This document shows, one piece after another, positions 25,432 through 35,704 of a stretch of 64,000 nt of DNA; positions within the stretch are counted from its first letter, which is position 1; every line of letters begins with the position of its first letter. The notes beneath the pieces were generated by a model, which was given only the letters and a program-made list of their open reading frames with translations, did not search any database and was not told the DNA's origin. Location of the stretch: sequence record OQ383623.1, one strand, 5' to 3'. The position numbers and the translations under genes were made by a program.

Positions 25432-25776
25432 TTACATCTGCTTTATTGCCATATTCGAACGATACGGCTCAGTGAGTAGAAAGTAAGTACGGCGATAGTC
25501 GATTGTCACTCCGGCCTCTTTAATGTCGCAATAGAGCGCCATGATATCTAGCGACGCGATTCCGGAGATAATGTTATTAACCTTGCGTTTTGTATCAAAA
25601 CGTTCCGATAAGATTTCGGCAAGCACTTCCTTACCAGCCTTTCCTTGGATGGCGTAGATCGCTAACGCTTTCAGTTCTTCCGGCGTCAAACAACGAAGGG
25701 TCGGAGGTATTGCGATGTTAACGACCTTCATGCGTCCCCCTACTGTAGTGGTTTTTAGTTGTGATTTGCAGACCAC
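25432..25776 (-). CDS. Hypothetical protein (alternative start 25731)
   Basis: ORF in the co-directional run. Confidence 0.55.
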   Translation of the reverse strand: MVCKSQLKTTTVGGRMKVVNIAIPPTLRCLTPEELKALAIYAIQGKAGKEVLAEILSERFDTKRKVNNIISGIASLDIMALYCDIKEAGVTIDYRRTYFLLTEPYRSNMAIKQM

Positions 25777-25786
25777 GAACTAGGCA

Positions 25787-26416
25787 CTACGGTGAAACGA
25801 CGTATTCGTTCAGTGCGTTATCAAAAGCAGTACGCTCAGCGGCGACCGCCTCCGAGACCTTAACTTCACTGCGCTCCCAGTTGACGCTGATAATCAGTCG
25901 ATAAAATTCGCCGGCTTTCAGCAGTTGACTGGTAGACAGGCGCACGTCTTGTCCGAAACTTAAGTGATAGACAAAAACATGGCCACCATTGCGAAGTTCT
26001 GACAACCGCATCTCGCCCAGGTAAATCGGTTTGATATCCCAGTTCGACATGCGGTGTGGTACAATCCATACTTCACCCGCCCGATTCGGTTCCTGCGTCA
26101 GGTTGACCGAAGGCTGCGCTACATCACGTTCATCAAAACCGTAAAGGTACAATCGAGTGGGTATTTCGATTGCAGAGAAGTTGTGACGTGCACCCTTAAT
26201 CGCGCGCTCTAAATCGACCGAGCAGCAAATCCGGGGTACGGTCTTGTCTTCATCTGGCGCGCACGAAAGTGGGATACGCGGCGAAAACGTCCGTATCTTA
26301 CACTTGCTTAAATGCAGTGGTTGTTCAGTCAGTTTACGCAACGTCAACTTTTTGGCGACGTGCGGCATCTGGCGTTCACACCACCGCTCTAATGACGGGT
26401 CGACATGTTCTGCCAT
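25787..26416 (-). CDS. Hypothetical protein, possible ADP-ribosyltransferase-like fold
   Basis: LHLS...FSPRIP...PRICCS...GEVWI pattern; fold call is inference. Confidence 0.45.
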   Translation of the reverse strand: MAEHVDPSLERWCERQMPHVAKKLTLRKLTEQPLHLSKCKIRTFSPRIPLSCAPDEDKTVPRICCSVDLERAIKGARHNFSAIEIPTRLYLYGFDERDVAQPSVNLTQEPNRAGEVWIVPHRMSNWDIKPIYLGEMRLSELRNGGHVFVYHLSFGQDVRLSTSQLLKAGEFYRLIISVNWERSEVKVSEAVAAERTAFDNALNEYVVSP

Positions 26417-26420
26417 TTTT

Positions 26421-27224
26421 TTACCAGCTCCTTACACCCATGCCCATTACCCGCAGATTGGACACTTTCGGAGCCAGCTGCAGGTATTCCTGCGCGAGTT
26501 GCTGGAGAGCGCCACGACGGGACTCAGTGGCAACAGCGCTGGTCGTTGTCGGATTATACAGGATGTCTTCCAGCACCTGACGACTAATAGGACGGTCGAC
26601 GTAAGTGCGAGTGGATTCCTGCGCCACTTTACTACCGCGTTGAATCGCAGAGTATTTGTTACAGATTTGCAGGCCATCTTCAATAACCCAGTCAAAGGTG
26701 ACCAGTTTATCGATACGGCGTACGATAGTCGTACCCAGACGACCTTCACGAACGATAGCACGCAGTGAGAAACACACGTTCTGATGTGGGTTCTCTAGTG
26801 CTTCCGCCAGAAGCGGACCACGTTCACGGTTAGGTTTAATCCAACCCCAGATTTCCATCACCGGCAGACCGTTACACATCTGGTCGGTCGGCTTCACTTC
26901 TACTTCGCGGATGTGCATACACACGTTACGCGTTTCGATCCATTCGTTACGTTCGATCCACTGGGCTTCGCTCATGCCTTGTTCGTATTGCGGATGGTCC
27001 TCTTCACCGAAGAGATTCCCCGCTAAAACTTTACGCATGAAAACGTTAGAGCGCTCGAAGACATGTTTTGACTCGTTATAGGCGTAGTAAATATTCTCAG
27101 AGTTGAAAATATTCAATGCACCTAACAGGACGTAGTAATACCCGTCCGCATCTTTCTTTAGCGTTGCCCCTTTATTGACCCCAGCGAGTGCCACGCAGTT
27201 ATAACGTAGTGACAAGTTTTCCAT
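26421..27224 (-). CDS. Prohead (head maturation) serine protease, phiKZ gp175/SPN3US gp245-like
   Basis: GEEDHP (catalytic His, about residue 77) and CFSLR (catalytic Ser, about residue 153); C-terminal AQE/ATE candidate autocleavage motifs. Confidence 0.88.
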   Translation of the reverse strand: MENLSLRYNCVALAGVNKGATLKKDADGYYYVLLGALNIFNSENIYYAYNESKHVFERSNVFMRKVLAGNLFGEEDHPQYEQGMSEAQWIERNEWIETRNVCMHIREVEVKPTDQMCNGLPVMEIWGWIKPNRERGPLLAEALENPHQNVCFSLRAIVREGRLGTTIVRRIDKLVTFDWVIEDGLQICNKYSAIQRGSKVAQESTRTYVDRPISRQVLEDILYNPTTTSAVATESRRGALQQLAQEYLQLAPKVSNLRVMGMGVRSW

Positions 27225-27286
27225 TGGTTTCCCCAGTTGTTATTACCGAAGCGGGTTATTGGGGACGTACAATAACCCTACCCCAG

Positions 27287-28015
27287 TTACCTCATATACA
27301 AATCCTCGAGTGGCTCTGCACGTACCGGATCGACCTGGAGTGCAGAACGGATACCTTGTTTCAGCTCCACATCTGCAATCTTGGCCAACCGGGAAGTTTT
27401 GTTCAATGAACCTGAACGCAGTGGAATAAACTGCACCCGATTCATCAAATCGCTGTCTTTTTTCAGGGTGTAGCGGAAATACGTCCGCGGGTCGCCAACC
27501 TTACGCTGTGTGTGGGCAGCGTAACAGTCAGCGGTGATTTGGTCGTTAAAGACCGTAAAGCCGTTCCACGTCTTAGTGTCAGACAATAGCTCAGCGTCAT
27601 CTACTGCGGTATACCAGAAAGGACGGTTGCCGAAGTCGTAGATGTACGAAGCGATGTTGTAGACTGGCGAGGATAGCACTTGCAGCATTCGGTTGGGGAA
27701 CACCACCGTGCCGGGGTCAAAACGGAACTCGTAATACGGCACGCCCTGAACATCAATTTCCTCAAACGCCGACGGGGTAATTTCAATGAACGTCGTGACG
27801 TTCGATACCCCGTAGGTTTTGCGGTCAGTGGAGATAGCGAAAATGCCAACGATTTCGACTTGCGAAGAAATTACCGCCAGCTCTTTAGCCACGAAGCCAA
27901 CAGGGATGTAAATGTAACATCCCCCTTTGGTGATGGTGGCCGTGCCTTGGTCCACTAAATCTGCATGAATTTTCGTCGCGTCACGACGTGCTGTTTCAAT
28001 GGCGCTCACGACCAC
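27287..28015 (-). CDS. Virion RNA polymerase beta-prime C-terminal subunit
   Basis: C-terminus SRLAKIADVELKQGIRSAL...EPLEDLY resembles the RpoC C-terminal region; SPN3US gp244 position. Confidence 0.7.
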   Translation of the reverse strand: MVVSAIETARRDATKIHADLVDQGTATITKGGCYIYIPVGFVAKELAVISSQVEIVGIFAISTDRKTYGVSNVTTFIEITPSAFEEIDVQGVPYYEFRFDPGTVVFPNRMLQVLSSPVYNIASYIYDFGNRPFWYTAVDDAELLSDTKTWNGFTVFNDQITADCYAAHTQRKVGDPRTYFRYTLKKDSDLMNRVQFIPLRSGSLNKTSRLAKIADVELKQGIRSALQVDPVRAEPLEDLYMR

Positions 28016-28024
28016 CTCTCTTTA

Positions 28025-29500
28025 TTAAACTTTGCTCGGTACAGAAATAACCACACCGCCACAAATCCAATCCAGGACGTAGTTAATCATCCAGTCGGTT
28101 GCCACCTCGTCAGGTTGACGGTTAGCAATCATACCGCGATGAATATCCAGCATCAGCTTGGACAGCTCGTACTCACCAAAGACTTCGGATGCTGAGACCT
28201 TGATAACGAACTCGGTGATGTCAGTGGTGTCGGTGGTGAAGAACGAATCGATGAAGCTTGCCGTCGAACGCTTAATGAGTTCCGGCGTTGCTACCTGACC
28301 GTCTTCCCCACGCCAGAACAGTTCAGGATCGGTCGCATCGATAGCCACGTTAAACGCTTGTTTCAGTGACTGGCGATTGCGTGTTACCCAATTGCTGTCG
28401 AGCTTAGCACGCTGAATCGCAGAACGGTGGCCCCAGGCGGCGATGTAGTCTTTCTGTTTTTCCAACAGTGAAGCTACACGCGTGGAGACATTGGTGTCAC
28501 CTTCGTCCAGCTGGTAGATAGCACCCAGTAACGCTTCAACGCTACCGCCTTTTTCCAGATAGTCGTCCATCACTTCCTGACAGATATACACTTTCTTCTC
28601 AACGTTGTCGTATCCGAAGACAATGTTACCGGTCTTGATGCGGGTAACGATGTTCTGGGTGTAGGCGTAAACCCAGCCGATATAGCTGTAATGCAACGGC
28701 AGCATCTGTGCTTTCCACTGTCCGCTATTCAGACCAGAGTCTTTCCACGGCATTTCCAGGTAGTAGCCAGAAAGCAGCATAAACAGAATGTTGCGTTTCA
28801 GGTTGTGTGGTGCCTGGTCGCTTACCGGAGAGAGCATGTTCCCTTCGAGCATGTTGCGAACGGCTTCGTTGATGTTCCAGCCCAGCGAGTTCAGCAGTTC
28901 TTTAACCAGATCGTCGTAAGCTTTGCTGCCGGTTTCCGGCAGTTCGATATCGGCAGGGACGTTGGCTTTAACCGCAGGATGTGTAGTACCGTTACCCAGC
29001 GGGTTCTCTACCGAATCAATTAATGCCTGTACCACCGGAGAGTTCAACGCTGGGTCCATACCAGCAGGTACGAGTGCCCACTCTTCGCTAACTGCCTGGT
29101 TTTCAATACCCTGGTTGTTTTGGATAACCAGTTGAACAAATGGCTGAATAACGTTACGGGCAAAGTCAAGCATACCCTGACAACGCTGGATAGCCATGCG
29201 TTTCAGTTCGAACAGCGTTGGTTCGTGGTCTTCGACGTTCAGCGTTTCTGGGCCCGCTGCGGTGTCTGCGATTACAGACGCTTCGCCTGTGCCGGACTGC
29301 GGCGTTTTCAGTGCAGTGATATCCGGCAGAGACTGGAAGAACTCTTCATCAGTTATCTGCGTATCGAAAACACTTTGCTGCGTAGTCGCTTTTGTCAGTA
29401 GACCAACAGGACTGTCAACGTCAGCTTCCAAACGAATCTGGTGTTGTTTCGCCAGTTTCATTGCGTTGGTGACAGCGTTAAGTGAATATAAGTTGATCAT
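28025..29500 (-). CDS. Virion head protein (SPN3US gp243-like)
   Basis: 491 aa; synteny between the RNAP beta gene and the protease. Confidence 0.6.
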   Translation of the reverse strand: MINLYSLNAVTNAMKLAKQHQIRLEADVDSPVGLLTKATTQQSVFDTQITDEEFFQSLPDITALKTPQSGTGEASVIADTAAGPETLNVEDHEPTLFELKRMAIQRCQGMLDFARNVIQPFVQLVIQNNQGIENQAVSEEWALVPAGMDPALNSPVVQALIDSVENPLGNGTTHPAVKANVPADIELPETGSKAYDDLVKELLNSLGWNINEAVRNMLEGNMLSPVSDQAPHNLKRNILFMLLSGYYLEMPWKDSGLNSGQWKAQMLPLHYSYIGWVYAYTQNIVTRIKTGNIVFGYDNVEKKVYICQEVMDDYLEKGGSVEALLGAIYQLDEGDTNVSTRVASLLEKQKDYIAAWGHRSAIQRAKLDSNWVTRNRQSLKQAFNVAIDATDPELFWRGEDGQVATPELIKRSTASFIDSFFTTDTTDITEFVIKVSASEVFGEYELSKLMLDIHRGMIANRQPDEVATDWMINYVLDWICGGVVISVPSKV

Positions 29501-29790
29501 GCCTGACCCCCGTTTTTGGTGCTGATGGAATCCTGGATGCGACCAGTAATACGCGCACCCACCATATCAGCGATGTCTCGTTTCAGCAAACGCTGATCGC
29601 CCATGCGGTCAGACAGGCCATTGCTGCCCTTCAGCAGTCCGTGAATAATTTCGGTGGCCAATTCAACCGCATTGCCCAGAACAACAAAGTTCAAGCGTTG
29701 CTGTGGGGAATAACCTTCCGTTTCCGGATTCGTGCTATTACGACCCACCGGAATCCCATGCTGCTGCTTGAGCGTATCTAAAATTCCCAT
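29497..29790 (-). CDS. Small virion-associated protein (SPN3US gp242-like)
   Basis: 97 aa, GGAG SD, ATGA overlap with the next gene. Confidence 0.55.
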   Translation of the reverse strand: MGILDTLKQQHGIPVGRNSTNPETEGYSPQQRLNFVVLGNAVELATEIIHGLLKGSNGLSDRMGDQRLLKRDIADMVGARITGRIQDSISTKNGGQA

Positions 29791-29837
29791 TATTAACTCC
29801 GGAGTTTATTTACCGGGCGGGAGCGACCCGCCCTACA

Positions 29838-32800
29838 TTAGTTGATTTTAGCCGGCAAGGCTGGGACGTCTTCACCATCTAAGATGCGTCCGATATTCTC
29901 CCCACCACGATACCCGACAGCATTGGTGGTTCCGATGCGCATGATAGAACCTACGATACGTGCGTCGACGGAATCACGACCAAAGATAATGTCGAGTTCC
30001 TGCCCGTCTTCCGTTTTGTTGGTTCCATACATCACTTCCTGAACCGTCGTTTTCAGCTGGTTAGCAATAACCATCTTATCCGCTGCTGCCATCTCTACCC
30101 GGTGTGTGATGTAGAATCGGACACACAGGCTATTGTACGCTAACGGCACCCCCTCAACACGAAAATCACCGTTGACTCGACCGTCCTTCGGCTCGTCACG
30201 TTTGAGAGCCAGCGCAGTCTTCCGACGTATACGGTCGTATTTACGAACCATCTCCGCCAAAGACGGGGTCATATCTTCCAACTCGCCGTGGTAAACCACT
30301 TCGATTTTGTCGATAAACCCACGAACACCAGAGCGTGGTGCAAAGGAGCTTAACTCACGCAGCGTTTCCGCTGCTTCTTTACTGAACCCGCTCATATCGC
30401 CGGTCAGGTTGTCGGTGAAGGTGCATAGAATTGAATCCACGTCTACGTGGTCCCCTTCTTTTACCATCTCCAACAGGTTCTGGGTGAACGTCATTGTGAC
30501 TTCTTTGAGTTTGGTAACATCGGCTTCAGCCTTAGCAGCGAACCGCTCACTAATGGCGTTGGAGTCCTCAATTACTTCTTCCCCTTCAATCAAAGCGACA
30601 GTTGCCAGTATCCCGTTTTTAAAACTGACCTGCGTTGGATCGTAGATGTCTGGTTCAAAGTGTTGCTCGTTGTACGTGATAACGGCACCGGCAGGGAGTT
30701 TATCTCCGCGCTTCCATTTCGTTACCAGGGTGTGTGGGTAGTAAGTCCCTTCGTGTGGACCGAACCAACGGCCCAGTGGGAAAGCTTCTTCCTCTCCGTC
30801 GTCGTATTTGATTTTAACGTGGTCGTTAAGAACCTCCACAATCTTGCCAGGTTTATCGATTACGCGTGCGTGCTTCACAGAAGTACGGTGTGCTACGAAC
30901 TTTTCTTGCTCGGTACGATACGGTGTGGTGGTTGCTCCAACACAACTGGTCGCAGAACCGAATTGAATCCCAACGAAGTTCTGACGCTTAGCATCGTCCA
31001 TCAGGGTATCCGGCACCAAGCCATCAATAAACGACAGGGCTTCACCCGGCTTCAGTTTATCGAGGTCCTTTTTAAAGGTCGTACCATCCACGGTATCGTA
31101 GCGCGGGTTGTTTGTTGCAAAGGCGGTGATACCTACGTCGCCGTTATCGACCGTGTTACCGGAAACAATCCCCAGGTCACTCGGTTGGAATTCACGGGTA
31201 CTGTAGACCATGGTCTTACGGTTACGACCACCTGTACCGCCCATGGTAACAACATCTTTTTCTTTGATGTTCTGTACCGGGTTTGCGCCAGGAGCCAGTA
31301 GAACAGACGGGTCGGAGTTAATTGCACCCCACACCATGTCCTGCGTCAACTCAAACTTACGATTCGAGTTAGGCGCGTTGTTGTAGTTACGCATCGCCCG
31401 CACCATCGCGGTATAGATGTGATACGAAATACGTTGGTTCCCGATGAACATCATTTCGTCACCGTTAATCTCCGGTAACGTGTGGTCTGTCTGCAGCAAT
31501 TCGTTAGAACGCTCCAGTAAGCCGATAAAGGTTTCCGGTTCACCCATTTTCCTGAGGATACGCGCGTGCATGTCATCAACAAATGCGGTCCGCATCAGTT
31601 TCAGCTCTTTGATGTAGCGTGGTGTTAGCCCATCTGCGTCGCGTAACAGGTTCAGGTAAATGTCTTCCCGGTCAACTTCCGACTCGGTATACGTGGTAAA
31701 GTGTTTAATGTAACGGTCTAAGCCGTTGACAATCATCCTCTGTTGATCGTTCTCGCAGACAATTGCAATTTTCGCATCCTGGAGACGAATAATGGAGTCG
31801 AACTGACCTTTATCGATACGTTGTCCGACAGAGAGAACCTCGTAACTGATACCAAAGTGTTTCAACATCCCGGTTAACCCGAGATAGTACGCAAACACAA
31901 AGCCCAGCGAGATTGATTTGCCCATCAGTGACAGTTCGGTCATTTCACGTGGAGCCTTAGAGGTGTCCACGCCAAAGACTTCGGCGAGCGTACCCAGTGG
32001 TTCGGTCTTATCCTTATCCACTCGATAGAGCTGGGAGTTTTTATCCATACCGACGATGACATGACTCCGCGGTTTCTTCGCCACAGGTACCAGCTCGACA
32101 CGGTCCGCGTCTGCCAGTTGCCCTTCGTTAAAGAATGCCGCTTTCTGTTTAATGTCAAAGTTCCATTGGTACCCAATTGCGTTGAATGCTGCCACACGAC
32201 GTGCCACCTCGGTGTACTGACGCGGCAGTTTAGACAGCGGATCGAACACATTCGCCAGTTTTGCATCAGTAATTTCGGTGTTCTTCGGATCGACCGCGCG
32301 AGTAATAATCGCATTAGTGAGCCAACGTCCGTAATCATTGACGACTTTATCACTGCGACGGACAAAGTTCTTCCCGTAGGCAGTGGTTAACGCTACGGTA
32401 TCGTGGGACACTTTACGGATAGGAACATCAACGCGCTGACGACGCATTGTATATTCCACACCATTCGCAACCCAGGTACCGTCTTCGGTTAATGCAGGAA
32501 TTGAGAAACGTACCGTGGTTGGTTCTCCGCCAATCGGCTGAATACGCAACGTGTGGTGTTCGATATTCCCGGTAACGGAAATCTCTTTCTCAACAGTGTG
32601 ATTGTGAATCGCCAAACCGAGACGTTGAGATGACGCCACTGCACCAAGAACATCTTTCGGGAAGATTTCCTGGTTGTACTGCCGGATAATTTGGTCGGTG
32701 GTATTTTCCGCCCAGGCTTCATCCGTAACTAAGCGTTCAATCTTCTTAGGCTCGGCTTTAATTTCAAGTTTCTTCGGATCGATGGTCAGACCTTCCCCAT

Positions 32801-34043
32801 ACGTCTCTTTAGGATTGTACGGGTTAGGTAAGTTTACGAAACGTTTAGAAGAATCGTTCAGGAACTGATACGCTTTGGCGGTGACGCGGCCCGCTTCTGC
32901 CAGGCGTTCAACTTCCTGTTTAATCACAGCATCGTGTGGGATGGTGCGTTCTACGACGATGGTGGTTGGCTTGACATCTTCTTTTGGTGCTTCGATGACC
33001 AGATCTTCTTTCTCATCGAACTCATGATCGTTCAATGTGTCGTCAACGTTGTCGCCTTGTGTTGCTTCATCGTCGACGATATCGAGGGTTTCTTCCGGCT
33101 TACTGGCAACGGTTTCAACCGCATCGTCATCCTCACCCAGATGGACACGCTCATCCCCTTCCGGTGTAACGAACTCGTCATCTTCGTAGTCAGCAGACGG
33201 TGGTACGGTCATCACGGTAGTCAGCGTACGGTAGAACATTCTACCCATCTGCACGTCAGTCAAACGACCACCGGCAGACTTACGCATTCTTTCAATCACA
33301 CCCATGTTCATGGATGTAAAACCACCGTTGTGTGTGAAGATGAAGTTCACGCGTGACAGCTGGTTCATGTCCATACCGTCGAACAGGGTTGCTTGCTGAT
33401 CGCCGTAAGCCCAACCGAACAGTTCCAGTAACCACAGCAGGTTAAAGTCTTTAAAGTGTTCCAGTTTGGTTTTAACACGATCGTTATACGTCGTTTTAAA
33501 ACGATCGAAAGAAGGCAGCACGTTACCCAGTTCGATGATGTAGTAGTTCTGACGCATGTACTCACGTGAGTCAGTTTTCATCTGGTTAGTCATCAGCAGC
33601 TGAATGTTGTGCAGACGTTCGTACCAGGACATCAAGGTGTCTGGGTAGAAATAATGCGGCAGCATCGGAGTGTAGTTTTCGATGAGCAGCACTTTCGGAT
33701 CGGAACGTACCACGCCGTCTTCAATCATGCGACGAATACGACGGTTGTTACGATGGTACTGGAAGATTTGACGTTCCTGGCCAACAACCGGTTTCTTACG
33801 CGGATGGCCAATAATGCCATCTTCAGGCAGCTGGAAGTGGTGACGAATCATCGCCGGTTTTTCCAGCTGGCCAAAACATGGCGTGGTTAATGGTGGCGCT
33901 AAAACCACCTGGTCTAAATCGATAGTGTGGTAGATAGAACCACGCGGGAGCTGGAGCTTCTCCAGCGGGATAATGCGCGGGCGACCGAACTCATCGGTCT
34001 TGCGCACGGTAAAGCGCTGGTTAAACTGTTTCAGAAAAATCAT
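29838..34043 (-). CDS. Virion RNA polymerase beta subunit, N-terminal/main part (phiKZ gp178-like)
   Basis: RpoB-like motifs: DDAKRQNF..IQ, GRWFG, FKNGILATVA, IEDSNAIS, ADKMVIANQLK, DIIFGRDS. Confidence 0.92.
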   Translation of the reverse strand: MIFLKQFNQRFTVRKTDEFGRPRIIPLEKLQLPRGSIYHTIDLDQVVLAPPLTTPCFGQLEKPAMIRHHFQLPEDGIIGHPRKKPVVGQERQIFQYHRNNRRIRRMIEDGVVRSDPKVLLIENYTPMLPHYFYPDTLMSWYERLHNIQLLMTNQMKTDSREYMRQNYYIIELGNVLPSFDRFKTTYNDRVKTKLEHFKDFNLLWLLELFGWAYGDQQATLFDGMDMNQLSRVNFIFTHNGGFTSMNMGVIERMRKSAGGRLTDVQMGRMFYRTLTTVMTVPPSADYEDDEFVTPEGDERVHLGEDDDAVETVASKPEETLDIVDDEATQGDNVDDTLNDHEFDEKEDLVIEAPKEDVKPTTIVVERTIPHDAVIKQEVERLAEAGRVTAKAYQFLNDSSKRFVNLPNPYNPKETYGEGLTIDPKKLEIKAEPKKIERLVTDEAWAENTTDQIIRQYNQEIFPKDVLGAVASSQRLGLAIHNHTVEKEISVTGNIEHHTLRIQPIGGEPTTVRFSIPALTEDGTWVANGVEYTMRRQRVDVPIRKVSHDTVALTTAYGKNFVRRSDKVVNDYGRWLTNAIITRAVDPKNTEITDAKLANVFDPLSKLPRQYTEVARRVAAFNAIGYQWNFDIKQKAAFFNEGQLADADRVELVPVAKKPRSHVIVGMDKNSQLYRVDKDKTEPLGTLAEVFGVDTSKAPREMTELSLMGKSISLGFVFAYYLGLTGMLKHFGISYEVLSVGQRIDKGQFDSIIRLQDAKIAIVCENDQQRMIVNGLDRYIKHFTTYTESEVDREDIYLNLLRDADGLTPRYIKELKLMRTAFVDDMHARILRKMGEPETFIGLLERSNELLQTDHTLPEINGDEMMFIGNQRISYHIYTAMVRAMRNYNNAPNSNRKFELTQDMVWGAINSDPSVLLAPGANPVQNIKEKDVVTMGGTGGRNRKTMVYSTREFQPSDLGIVSGNTVDNGDVGITAFATNNPRYDTVDGTTFKKDLDKLKPGEALSFIDGLVPDTLMDDAKRQNFVGIQFGSATSCVGATTTPYRTEQEKFVAHRTSVKHARVIDKPGKIVEVLNDHVKIKYDDGEEEAFPLGRWFGPHEGTYYPHTLVTKWKRGDKLPAGAVITYNEQHFEPDIYDPTQVSFKNGILATVALIEGEEVIEDSNAISERFAAKAEADVTKLKEVTMTFTQNLLEMVKEGDHVDVDSILCTFTDNLTGDMSGFSKEAAETLRELSSFAPRSGVRGFIDKIEVVYHGELEDMTPSLAEMVRKYDRIRRKTALALKRDEPKDGRVNGDFRVEGVPLAYNSLCVRFYITHRVEMAAADKMVIANQLKTTVQEVMYGTNKTEDGQELDIIFGRDSVDARIVGSIMRIGTTNAVGYRGGENIGRILDGEDVPALPAKIN

Positions 34044-34061
34044 ACATGTGCCTTATGGGTA

Positions 34062-35675
34062 TCATTTCAACAGCGCAGCAGTCGTTCTTTTAATCACGTT
34101 GTTAACCGGATTGATTTTGAAACTGCCGTCTGTTGCAAACCAGTAGTTTTTCGAACTGACCCACTTCCGATTTTCCTCGAGTGCTTCGGTCGACATCGGG
34201 CAGTTTGCTGAGCCGGTGTCACCATCGTAGTCACCGCCCAAGCCCCCTAATCGGGATGGGTGCGGTGCCATGGATTCCACAAAGGTTTTCACGGTACGGT
34301 CAGGGAAGCTAATTGCTCCCTTCTCTTTTAACGTGACCCAGTCATCTTCCAGTTCATGCAAATAGAGGGAAGAGGTGGTGGTCTCCAATCTTATGGTCGA
34401 GGAGTAAGTCGAACCGCGTCCCGTAACCGGATAACGCGTGATGAACGAGAAGTAGTCATTCCAAATATCGTAACCTGACAAATAGAGGAGTTCTGCTAAG
34501 CTCAGTCCGCGGACAAGCTTACGGTCACGTCCTTCCGGCAGGTCTTCAATATCGTAAAAGATTTTGAAGCTGCGTTTGTCTTGGTAGATTAAAGCCACGT
34601 AATGGTTCGGATCAATCATCAGCGGTTTATGTCGAAGCTCGCGCGCTTCCATTCTGTTGATGAGTGTTTCGATACCGTCGTCGGTGGTGAAAAGGTCATA
34701 CACCCGCCCGGAGACTTCTAAGAACTCACGCTTGAGTGTTTTGGTGTTAACACCGTATAAGTTGCCGTCCCCTGCCCGGATGTTACTGAGGTAACGTTCG
34801 CGGATGTGGTATTGAGCCACAGGCAGTAGTGCCTTCAGGGTTTGGTACAAACCGATACGGGTATCCGTTGGACGAATCGCATCTTCGCGACCCATGACCT
34901 TGGAACCGGTTGAGAATGAAGACAGTACGTTACGCGTACCGTTCATTAACTTACGTGACGTCACTTTACGACGTGCAAAACCACCTTTACCGTCTTGGAT
35001 GTTGAAGAAGTACATCCAGATATCATTAAAGGTTTGTTGGAGCTTCCAGCGAACCGGGTCAGTCAGTTCCGTTCGCGTACTGCGGTCGGGGATTGCACGT
35101 GCCAGAGAAATCAGACGGCGGTAGAGTCCGCCAATCTCTTCTTCTTGGTCGCGGCCATCCTGACGAATGACCAAATCACGTAATCCCGCAGGCAGAACCA
35201 GCACATAGCGGCTGAGACTGACCGGACGGAACTTATTGAAGAAATCGACTGTCTCGTCGCGACGCATCGATTCGTTGCGTCCCGGTGTCAGTTGTTCGTA
35301 GTAGCGTAGGAAGAAGTTGAAGCCGGTGTCTGCACCTTTATCACTGGGCAGAGCCGGCTCGAAGTCTTTTTCTTTCTCATTCCAGATAGCGAATCGCTTC
35401 CCGGAACAGATTTCTTCGTACAGCTGTTTCAGCTGGAACAATGCCAAACAAACGGTCGGCGAAATGATATCTAGTTTGATATCAATGTACGAGAACGTTG
35501 AGTCTCGTGCTTCGCTCCCTGTGAGGCCAAAAATTTCGGTTGAATACAGTCCTTCAGGGTGAAAGTTTTTCGTCAGTCCCTGAAAGGTGTCTGTTGTTGT
35601 AACTGGTTTTAAATGCGACACCAGGGACTTGTTGACGTTTAACAAGTAAAAGTCAACCCAGTTTAGCTTTCTCAC
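34062..35675 (-). CDS. Virion RNA polymerase beta-prime N-terminal/catalytic part (phiKZ gp180-like)
   Basis: LYSTEIFG, VLPAGLRD, and catalytic GGDYDGD (DxDGD) motif. Confidence 0.92.
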   Translation of the reverse strand: MRKLNWVDFYLLNVNKSLVSHLKPVTTTDTFQGLTKNFHPEGLYSTEIFGLTGSEARDSTFSYIDIKLDIISPTVCLALFQLKQLYEEICSGKRFAIWNEKEKDFEPALPSDKGADTGFNFFLRYYEQLTPGRNESMRRDETVDFFNKFRPVSLSRYVLVLPAGLRDLVIRQDGRDQEEEIGGLYRRLISLARAIPDRSTRTELTDPVRWKLQQTFNDIWMYFFNIQDGKGGFARRKVTSRKLMNGTRNVLSSFSTGSKVMGREDAIRPTDTRIGLYQTLKALLPVAQYHIRERYLSNIRAGDGNLYGVNTKTLKREFLEVSGRVYDLFTTDDGIETLINRMEARELRHKPLMIDPNHYVALIYQDKRSFKIFYDIEDLPEGRDRKLVRGLSLAELLYLSGYDIWNDYFSFITRYPVTGRGSTYSSTIRLETTTSSLYLHELEDDWVTLKEKGAISFPDRTVKTFVESMAPHPSRLGGLGGDYDGDTGSANCPMSTEALEENRKWVSSKNYWFATDGSFKINPVNNVIKRTTAALLK

Positions 35676-35704
35676 TTTTAAGCTCCTGAATTGGAAGAAA
35701 CATT

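Noticed and set aside
11556-35675. Introns, inteins or stop-codon recoding in the terminase and RNAP genes
   Set aside because: ORFs are continuous and of expected size under the standard code; no intein or homing-endonuclease motifs seen.
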